DNA of 64,000 nucleotides, taken from NCBI RefSeq assembly GCF_000142905.1, contig NW_013657663.1, forward strand, positions 124,001-188,000, given 5' to 3'. The stretch comes from Thecamonas trahens ATCC 50062 (taxonomy: Eukaryota > Protista > Apusomonadida). The position numbers and the translations under genes are program-made. Position 1 is the stretch's first letter, and every line of letters begins with the position of its first letter. The notes under the pieces were generated by a model. The model ran no database searches, was not told the DNA's origin, and worked only from the letters and a program-made list of their open reading frames with translations. This document shows positions 56,833 to 64,000 of this stretch, piece by piece.

Positions 56833-58353
56833 ATGGCCCTCTCCCGCACATCATCGGCCCTCAACTCAGCCCTCGCCTCGGGCTTGTGGCTGGCCGGCCG
56901 CGCCGTCGCAGGCGCCGCTCCCCCGCTCGCTCTCGTCGACAAGCACAGTCTCGAGACCGTGGCTGAGGTGCCAACCGCGTCGGCCGACCAGATCGCCTCG
57001 GCAGTGACTGCCGGCGTGACCGAGGGCAAGCCCGCCATGGCTTCACTCCCGCTCGCCGCCCGCCGCGACGTGCTCAACGCCGCCTCGGGCGCCCTCGCCG
57101 CCGCCCGCGATGACTTTGCCTCGGCCCTCATGATTGAGGCCGGCAAGACGGCTGACGCCGCCCGCGGCGAGATCGACCGCGCCGTCGCTACCTTTCGACT
57201 CTGCGCCGATGCCGTCGGCTCATCGCGCTCGCTGGAGGAGGCTGGCCGCCTCGGCGCCCATCCCTCGGGCGCCGGCTATGAGTACGTCCGCCGGCCATTC
57301 CCTATCGGCCTCATCTCCGCCATCGCACCCTTTAACTTTCCCGTCAACCTCGCGGTTCACAAGATCGGGCCTGCCATTGCAGCCGGCTGCCCAGTGATCC
57401 TCAAGCCGTCGCCGGCGACCCCGGCCACCGCCCTCATGCTGGGCAAGATCCTGGCAGATGCTGGCCTTGCAGACGTTCCGGGCTCCTTCTCCATCCTCCC
57501 AGCTCACGACGACGACGCGCCGCTCTTTACCTCCTCGCCGGGCATTGACTGCATCTCGTTCACTGGCTCGCCCAAAGTGGGCTGGGGCATCAAGGCCTCT
57601 GCGCCAGGCGCCGGCCGGACCAAGGTCGTGCTTGAGCTTGGCGGCAACGCTGCAGCCATCGTCGATGCCGGCGCTGACGTCGCCGCCGCCACCTCCGCCA
57701 TTGCCCGTGCCGGCTTTGGCCAGGCCGGGCAGTCATGCATCTCGGTCCAAAACGTGTTCCTGCACTCATCCATCGCACCTGCTGCCACCGACGCGCTCAC
57801 CACTGCCGTCGCCGCCCTTCCGCGCGGCGATCCGGCCGAGCCGGGCGTCGTCTGTGCCCCGATGATCTCACCGGCTGCCGCCGCCGCCCTCGCTGACAAG
57901 ATTTCCGACGCTCTCGCCCGCCCGGGCTTTTCGGCGCTCGTCGGTGGCGACCGCCCACAGCAAGGCTCCAACGTTGTTTCGCCGACGCTCATCGCCGCGC
58001 CGCCATCGACCACCGATGCCTTTGACGCCCCGCTTTGCGCCGAGGAAGCTTTTGGCCCAGTCGTCATCCTGCACACCTTTGACGACCTTGACGCCGTCTT
58101 TGACACCATCAACGCCGGGCCGTTTGGACTCCAGACCGGTATCTTCACCCCCTCGCTCGCCGCCGCCCATCGCGCCTTTAACAAGCTCGACATGGGTGGC
58201 GTTGTCATCAACGACGTGCCCACCACCCGCATGGACGCCATGCCCTACGGCGGCGTCAAGGACTCGGGCGAGGGCTTTGAGGGCCCGACCTACGCCATCG
58301 ATGAGTTCTCCGTCCCGCGGCTCATGCTCATCAACACCGGCTCACTCCTGTAG
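56833..58353 (+). CDS. Aldehyde dehydrogenase, ALDH21/GapN-like clade
   Basis: Motifs PFNFP, KPS, FTGS, LELGGN, catalytic AGQSCISVQ, EEAFGP and RMDAMPYGGVKDSG. Confidence 0.92.
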   Translation: MALSRTSSALNSALASGLWLAGRAVAGAAPPLALVDKHSLETVAEVPTASADQIASAVTAGVTEGKPAMASLPLAARRDVLNAASGALAAARDDFASALMIEAGKTADAARGEIDRAVATFRLCADAVGSSRSLEEAGRLGAHPSGAGYEYVRRPFPIGLISAIAPFNFPVNLAVHKIGPAIAAGCPVILKPSPATPATALMLGKILADAGLADVPGSFSILPAHDDDAPLFTSSPGIDCISFTGSPKVGWGIKASAPGAGRTKVVLELGGNAAAIVDAGADVAAATSAIARAGFGQAGQSCISVQNVFLHSSIAPAATDALTTAVAALPRGDPAEPGVVCAPMISPAAAAALADKISDALARPGFSALVGGDRPQQGSNVVSPTLIAAPPSTTDAFDAPLCAEEAFGPVVILHTFDDLDAVFDTINAGPFGLQTGIFTPSLAAAHRAFNKLDMGGVVINDVPTTRMDAMPYGGVKDSGEGFEGPTYAIDEFSVPRLMLINTGSLL

Positions 58354-58534
58354 CCTTCCCGACTACACTGCAAGCCCGAGTCTATACTCGCCTCTACACA
58401 TCTCCTTCATTTCGCTTGCCATCTGCCACAGCTGCTTCGCCTCACCGTACCCCGCCACGCACCGTTCTCCCACCAAACCTGACACCGAACACTCCTCCCC
58501 CCCTCCCCCCCCCCCTCCCCTCACCACCACCACC

Positions 58535-60922
58535 ATGACCGACACAGCATGCACAGTCATAGAGACTCTGCACATGCGGGTGGCCGAGGGCAAGAACCTG
58601 CTCTCCTCATCGTCCCGGTTTGGTACCTCTCGTAGCCCGCCGGCGGCAAAGGTGACCGTCTCCGGCCTCGGCACCGGCGCCGTGGTGGCCACCCGGACCG
58701 CCGCGCCGTCGTGCGACCCGTTCTTCGGCGAGGAGCTGAGCCTGACCCTCGGCCCAGACACCTCGGCCGTCTTTGTCACCGTTTCGGACACAAACTCGGC
58801 CCGCCAGCTTGGTGTCGTCAAGATTCCGCTGGCGGGCCTGGCCAACAACACCGCCGTCGAGGCCTGGCACCCGCTCGCCCCCTTCCAGACCCACATCTCC
58901 GGCGAGCTGCACCTGCGCATGGCCCGCATCTCGCCCACGCTCGTTCGCGTCCTGATTATGGCTGCCGTCGGCCTCGTCGGCTCCGACAGATCGGGCCTCT
59001 CCGACCCCTACATCACCGTCCGCGCTGCAGACGCAGCCACTGCCGACCATGACATCGTTGACGCCGCCCCAACCTCGCTCTCGCTCTCCGCATTGACTTC
59101 ATCCATCGCCGCCCCGGCCGCCGCCCTCATCAACCGCGCAACTCGCGTAGCTTCTCGCCGCTCTCGCTCAGTCTCAGTCGACTCGGCCTCTAGCTCTCCC
59201 GACATCCCGCCGCCGGACCGCGTCTTCTCCACAAAGGTCGTCCGCCAGACCCTCGACCCAGTCTTTGACGAAGAGTTCACCCTTGATCTTGAGGGCCTCG
59301 ACCTGGCTTCTACCCGCATTGTCTTTCAGCTGTGGGACTTTGACCGAGTTGGCCATGACGACTTTCTCGGCCTCGTCGTCGTCCCGCTCTCCCACCTCGA
59401 TGCCGACGGTGCTGTCCTCGACGGCTGGTTTGAGGTCCGCGACTCGCCACAGGACTCATTGCTCGCCACCTTTCGTCCCACTTCGTTTACCGGCATGCCA
59501 TCTTCGACCTCGCTCGGCGCCCTCCGCCTTCGACTCCGCTACCACCGCGAGTACATCCTCCCGCTCCCCGACTACACCGCCTTTTGGATTGCCGTGCATG
59601 CCCACGATCTCGAGCCGCTCACAAGCCTTGCTGACGTCTCCCACGACCGCGATGACCTCGCTACCGCTCTCGTCAAGGCCTGGGCCGCTCAAGGTGAGCT
59701 CTACTCCCGGCTCCCGGCCGTCATCACCAACCACCTCACCAAGCACACCCCGGACCCGTCCGTCATCTTCCGCTCCAACTCGCTCGCCTCCAAAGTTATC
59801 GACATGCTCTTTCAGCTGTCAGGCGCACACTACCTCAAATCCACCCTCGAGTCCGCCGTCGCTGCCACCTACGCCGTCCCCGCTGCCGACTGGCTCGCCC
59901 CGCACTCGGCCGGCAGCATCTGGTCCTCGCAGCCTGCCCGCGCCGGCCTCGTCAAGCTCCTCAAGCGCTACCTCGGTGCCATCCTCGACTCTGCGAGCAA
60001 GCTCCCGGCTGTCTGCTCCTTTGTCCTCGCCCGTCTCCATGACTCGGCCAACGCGGTCTTTCCCAACCTTGCTCCGGCCATCGGAACTACTGCTGTCGTC
60101 GCCTTTGTCATCCTCCGCTTCCTCGCCGCAGCAATCCTCTCGCCGTCGCTCTGGCATCTCGCCCCCGACCTGCCCTCACCGCATCACGCACGCGTCTTTG
60201 CGGCGCTCTCCAAGGCCGTCATGCGTCTCGGCGCATTTACACCTTTTGACGCTTCAGCAGATCTTGCATTCCTCAACCCCGTCCTCAACGCCCATCACGA
60301 GCGCACCCGCGCCTTTCTCGCCGCCACCGCCTGCTACGCCGACGCCGCCCCGCTCGGCTCCCAGCTCGCCCGCACTCGACCGCTCGGCTCTATGCCGGCC
60401 ATCAACCCCGCCCGCGAGCTCAACAAGGTTGCCGAGCATGCAGCCCTCTGCATTCCGCTTCTCCCTACAGCCTGCCGCAGCAGGCCCTGGCATCCCGAAC
60501 TCCTCGCCGCCATCGACGATCTCGACGCCCGTCGCCGCAACGAGCTCCCACACCTCACGCCTCAGGACGCCGCCGATCTGTTCGCCGAAGCGGCTGCCGC
60601 CGCTACACTCGCAAGCCCACATGCTGACGCTGACGCTGACGCGCCGCCGCCGCCTATCCTCAGCCTCGAAGACATTGTCCGTCCCCGGGGCGAGGGCGCT
60701 GCTCCGCGCCGCCGTCGCAAGCGTGCTGCACGTCGACGTCGCATCGTCGCCTACCAGCTCGACGGCCAGCTCGTCCCGCCCGAGCGCCTCGCCAACCCAA
60801 CCCATCATGCTAGCGACCTTGCCACTGCCTCGCTCCTCGACCGACAAATCCACTCGCTCGAGCGCGAGGTCGCCTCTGACTCGCTCACACTCGTCCATCT
60901 CAAGTCGGACCTCCCGCTTTGA
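58535..60922 (+). CDS. C2-C2-RasGAP (GAP1/RASAL-like architecture)
   Basis: C2A has EGKNL...PFFGEE. C2B has DRSGLSDPY, DPVFDEEF and WDFDRVGHDDFLG. The GAP domain has the arginine finger IFRSNSLASK and ILRFLAAAILSP. Confidence 0.88.
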   Translation: MTDTACTVIETLHMRVAEGKNLLSSSSRFGTSRSPPAAKVTVSGLGTGAVVATRTAAPSCDPFFGEELSLTLGPDTSAVFVTVSDTNSARQLGVVKIPLAGLANNTAVEAWHPLAPFQTHISGELHLRMARISPTLVRVLIMAAVGLVGSDRSGLSDPYITVRAADAATADHDIVDAAPTSLSLSALTSSIAAPAAALINRATRVASRRSRSVSVDSASSSPDIPPPDRVFSTKVVRQTLDPVFDEEFTLDLEGLDLASTRIVFQLWDFDRVGHDDFLGLVVVPLSHLDADGAVLDGWFEVRDSPQDSLLATFRPTSFTGMPSSTSLGALRLRLRYHREYILPLPDYTAFWIAVHAHDLEPLTSLADVSHDRDDLATALVKAWAAQGELYSRLPAVITNHLTKHTPDPSVIFRSNSLASKVIDMLFQLSGAHYLKSTLESAVAATYAVPAADWLAPHSAGSIWSSQPARAGLVKLLKRYLGAILDSASKLPAVCSFVLARLHDSANAVFPNLAPAIGTTAVVAFVILRFLAAAILSPSLWHLAPDLPSPHHARVFAALSKAVMRLGAFTPFDASADLAFLNPVLNAHHERTRAFLAATACYADAAPLGSQLARTRPLGSMPAINPARELNKVAEHAALCIPLLPTACRSRPWHPELLAAIDDLDARRRNELPHLTPQDAADLFAEAAAAATLASPHADADADAPPPPILSLEDIVRPRGEGAAPRRRRKRAARRRRIVAYQLDGQLVPPERLANPTHHASDLATASLLDRQIHSLEREVASDSLTLVHLKSDLPL

Positions 60923-61044
60923 CTCTCGCTCAAAAACACCCACAGCGGCAGCTTGAGCAAAACACACGGCTGCGTTATGTAATGTTTACTTTGCGGCTGA
61001 CGCAACGCGCCCGAGTGCCCGCATGCCTTTAGGAGGTAAACCTC

Positions 61045-64000
61045 TCATCGCCGCTGACTGCCCCGCGGCGCAGCCATCCGCAGCGGCACAGAGCCCGCCG
61101 ACGACGTCCGCGACGCCGGCCGCGAGCTTGCCCGAGACCCGCCAGAGGCCGTTGACGGCGGCCGCCGCGGCACGCGACTGCTGCCTTGCCCAGAGTCCGA
61201 CGCAGCAGAGAGTGGCCGCAACTGGTCTGGCGATACGTACGGGCCGGCGGCACCCGACGGCGAGCCCGGTGATGCCACAGGCCGCGTCAGCCCTCCCGGA
61301 AGCGCCGCAAGCTGGTTGAGCGTCGACCGCAGCACCTCGTTCTCGTGTCGCACAGCCTGCACGTCTTCCAGCAGCGCGTCGTACTTTTGCTTCCACGCCG
61401 CCCGCTCCAGCGGGAGTGACGCCTGTGCATTAGCGTCCATCGCCAGTGCACGCAGGCCCTCGACCTCTTCAAATGCCTGCTCCTTCAGCGACCGCTCCAG
61501 CTCCAGCTGCGACTTGAGCTTGCCCAACGCACGCGCACGACGCCGCCCGTCAAGCTCCACCACACGCTCCATACGTGCAACCTTGTCACGCAGCTCCACG
61601 AGCTCGCCGTCCTTGCGGTCAAGCTCCAACAGTAGCTTGTCCACATCGATGTTGCCCCACCGCTCGTACCGGTCGACCTTGGCCTGCAAGCTGTCGAGCA
61701 AGTGCGACTTGGTCACCTTCCAGTGCACAAGCGACTTCTTGTTCCGCTGCTGCAGCTCGAGATTCTTACGCAGCGTCTCCACCTCGGCCTCGGCGTTCGA
61801 GAGTGCGTTCTGCGTCGTCGCCAACAGCTGCGTCAGCATCTCCTTGTCCTGCTCCATCGTCTCGCGGATCTCAAACAGCTTCTTTGTCTTCTTCACCCGC
61901 TCGCGCTGCTCGTCGCGGATCTTCTTCTCAAACGTCTGCCGCAGCGCAATCTCCTTGAGCGTGTGCATCGTCTTGAGCTTCAGCACCGTCTTCTCCAGGT
62001 TAGTCGATACGGTCTTGAGCTTGTGCATGTCCTCCTCCAGGTCCGCAAGCTGCTGCACACGCTTCCGCTCCTGTGATGGGAGCTGCGAGATGTTGAGCAG
62101 CTTCTTCATCGAGTCTTGCTTCACCACGTGTAGCTCGTTCTGGATCTCCTGATACAGAAAGTTGCGGTACTCTTCAAAGTTGGCTCGCGTTGAGATGTAC
62201 TGTGTGTACAGGTCGTGCACCAGGTCATCGTACTCTTGCTTGACCTCGTCGCGAATTTGCACAGCCTGCGCCTCCATCGCCTCCTTGAACCGCGCAAGCT
62301 CGCGGTAAATGTGCGAGATCTGACGGATGAGCTCATAGCCTTTGTCCGCAACCTCCACCTGCACCCGCGTCTTGATCTTCTTCTCGTCATCAGCTCGCAG
62401 CAGCTCCAGATGCCGCTTGTCCTGCTCTGCCACATACAGTCGGTGCCGCAGCTGCTCCACAAACTGTGCCTCTGCCACAGCCTGCCGCTCGTTCCGCTCC
62501 GCGCCCCATGTGTGCACGCGGCCGGCAAACTCATCCATCGCCTGCTGGAACACCCGTGTCGGAATGACAATGCTCGACTCGGTCACCTCGATCTGCGCCC
62601 CGCTGCTCGCCGCATCACCGCTGCCACTTGGCTCCACACGGCTGCCATGCAGCGTAAACGTGTCCATGAGCTCGCGCACGAGCCCCAGCTTGGTCCCGTA
62701 GTCCGAGTCGGAAATTTCGTGCGAGAGCAGCGCCGCACTCGCCTCTGACGTTGCAAACCGCGACGAGCCGTCGAGCGTTGCCTGCAGAGTCGCCTGCACA
62801 CCACGGAGCTCGGCAGCCTGCTTGCGGATGAGCACTTCTTCCAGAGCCTCCACAAGGAGGTCCAGCTGCGCGTCGAGAAGAAACTTACGAGGCACAACTT
62901 GCTCAAGCTCCTCCATGCTTGGCGAGGCCTCACCAATGCCAGCCCCGAGCTCGAGGTCATGCTGCGGGAGCCAGTGTCCGGCCGCACGCGCAAGGAGCAG
63001 CACTTTGGGCACAATCATCGAGTGGTACGCCGCCTTGAGATCAACGTACTCGGCCGCCGTCGCCAGCGGCCCGCGTCCGAGCGCGAGAAGCAGGAACTGA
63101 GACTTGAGGTTCGTCACTACTGTCCCCTTCCGCAAGTACACAAGTTGAAGCGAGACAGCCTCCACAGGTTGCGACGTGACGTAGATGTGCGACGAGGCCA
63201 GCGCGTCGTCGAGCTCGTGCTGCAGCAAGTCAAACTCCTTCAGCACATACCGCCGATCAGCCTCGTGAAGGCCTACGAGCACATGCCCGAGCTTGCTCAG
63301 CGACGAGCCGTGCGCCGTTCCTGCAAGCGGTCCGTACCGGAGATACGCCGCGGGCACCATCGGCTCCAGGCCAGCCTCCAGCGACACACCCGAGAGCACC
63401 GCGGACTGCACCACAGCCCGCGGACCGAGAGAGACAAGTTGGCTCGTCGCCATGCTCTCCACTGCGTCAGGCACAAGCGCCAGCGTCGACTCCAGACACG
63501 AGAACGCAGAAAGCGATGCCGCCTGCGAGTCGCTCCCACTCCCGCCGTTCTCGAGGGCTGCAGCTGCCGCGGCTGCCACCACCGACGCATGCGGCGCGCT
63601 GGACGCGTCGCTCGGCTCCAGAATTGACACCAGGTCCAGATCCTTGGCCGCAACGTTTGGGATCCACTCGTCTTGCCCGTCTTCCACGTGCGGCAAGTAC
63701 CACCGCAGTCGCGCTACCGGTCCCATGTTTGCCCGCTCCAGGAACGACGCAAGCGCTCGGCGCATCGCCAGCGTAAAGTGCAGCGACCACTTGGCCCGCT
63801 GCGCCTTGAAGAACCGGTACACCGCGTCTGGGTCGTCCGGCTGCGACAGCCGCGTCATCTGCGTCCGCAGCGAGTGAAGCTCTTCCAGCGCCGTCGAGTG
63901 CCCGAGGCTGGCATCGTTGTAGTGCGCGTCCGAGAGGCCCAGCCGCGAGTAAAACGAGAGCAGCGCGAGCAAACCCTCCATAGCATGGAAAATCCGCAGC
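61045..64000 (-). CDS. Large coiled-coil protein, CCDC162-like; 5' end lies outside the window
   Basis: The frame is open to the window edge. VQVEVADKGYELI...IRDEVKQEYDDLV..L...FEEYR resembles the CCDC162 C-terminus as I recall it. Confidence 0.65.
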   Translation of the reverse strand, partial: LRIFHAMEGLLALLSFYSRLGLSDAHYNDASLGHSTALEELHSLRTQMTRLSQPDDPDAVYRFFKAQRAKWSLHFTLAMRRALASFLERANMGPVARLRWYLPHVEDGQDEWIPNVAAKDLDLVSILEPSDASSAPHASVVAAAAAAALENGGSGSDSQAASLSAFSCLESTLALVPDAVESMATSQLVSLGPRAVVQSAVLSGVSLEAGLEPMVPAAYLRYGPLAGTAHGSSLSKLGHVLVGLHEADRRYVLKEFDLLQHELDDALASSHIYVTSQPVEAVSLQLVYLRKGTVVTNLKSQFLLLALGRGPLATAAEYVDLKAAYHSMIVPKVLLLARAAGHWLPQHDLELGAGIGEASPSMEELEQVVPRKFLLDAQLDLLVEALEEVLIRKQAAELRGVQATLQATLDGSSRFATSEASAALLSHEISDSDYGTKLGLVRELMDTFTLHGSRVEPSGSGDAASSGAQIEVTESSIVIPTRVFQQAMDEFAGRVHTWGAERNERQAVAEAQFVEQLRHRLYVAEQDKRHLELLRADDEKKIKTRVQVEVADKGYELIRQISHIYRELARFKEAMEAQAVQIRDEVKQEYDDLVHDLYTQYISTRANFEEYRNFLYQEIQNELHVVKQDSMKKLLNISQLPSQERKRVQQLADLEEDMHKLKTVSTNLEKTVLKLKTMHTLKEIALRQTFEKKIRDEQRERVKKTKKLFEIRETMEQDKEMLTQLLATTQNALSNAEAEVETLRKNLELQQRNKKSLVHWKVTKSHLLDSLQAKVDRYERWGNIDVDKLLLELDRKDGELVELRDKVARMERVVELDGRRRARALGKLKSQLELERSLKEQAFEEVEGLRALAMDANAQASLPLERAAWKQKYDALLEDVQAVRHENEVLRSTLNQLAALPGGLTRPVASPGSPSGAAGPYVSPDQLRPLSAASDSGQGSSRVPRRPPSTASGGSRASSRPASRTSSAGSVPLRMAAPRGSQRR

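Noticed and set aside
4389-60922. Ras-signalling or ciliary gene cluster (RasGEF, SAM-PH, RasGAP; NEK, POC1, CCDC162-like)
   Set aside because: The genes are scattered among unrelated loci and belong to large families, so co-occurrence is expected by chance.
4208-63877. Numerous long antisense or alternate-frame ORFs (e.g. 4446-5909, 9937-11421, 16194-17705, 59265-60956)
   Set aside because: These are expected shadows of high-GC3 genes with Arg/Ser/Pro-rich translations and no motifs.

Overview
This is GC-rich, gene-dense eukaryotic nuclear DNA with no prokaryotic features. The few short spliceosomal introns have GTACGT-type donors, and there are two 100-N scaffold gaps. Composition, C/G-homopolymer introns and gene content resemble the apusomonad Thecamonas trahens (inference only). 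About 28 protein genes are supported: NEK kinase, RasGEF-cNMP, FAM135, NDUFA5, ALG2, POC1, cytochrome-b5 reductase, CAMK-group kinase, INTS14-like, P4-ATPase, SmG (missed by the ORF track), a DUF4773-like secreted protein, two large multipass receptor-like proteins, an APH-like kinase, GLT1D1, TEX261, an EF-hand-like protein, SAM-PH, 1-Cys peroxiredoxin, HD hydrolase, tandem-GRAM, SNF2-RING, phospholipase B, ALDH21-like, C2-C2-RasGAP, CCDC162-like and some unknowns. I saw no tRNA, rRNA, CRISPR array or transposon. The main observations are: (1) a ~2230-aa receptor-like protein with exactly 21 FG-GAP/VCBS repeats, a beta-helix, Cys-rich repeats and a multipass TM domain, next to a second protein with the same membrane module but a different ectodomain; (2) orientation-independent GC-skew domains that flip at a G-quadruplex-like minisatellite near 45.1-45.6 kb; (3) about 13 frameshifts, almost all repaired by adding one base to a homopolymer, probably assembly error; (4) very tight gene packing with C-rich leaders.
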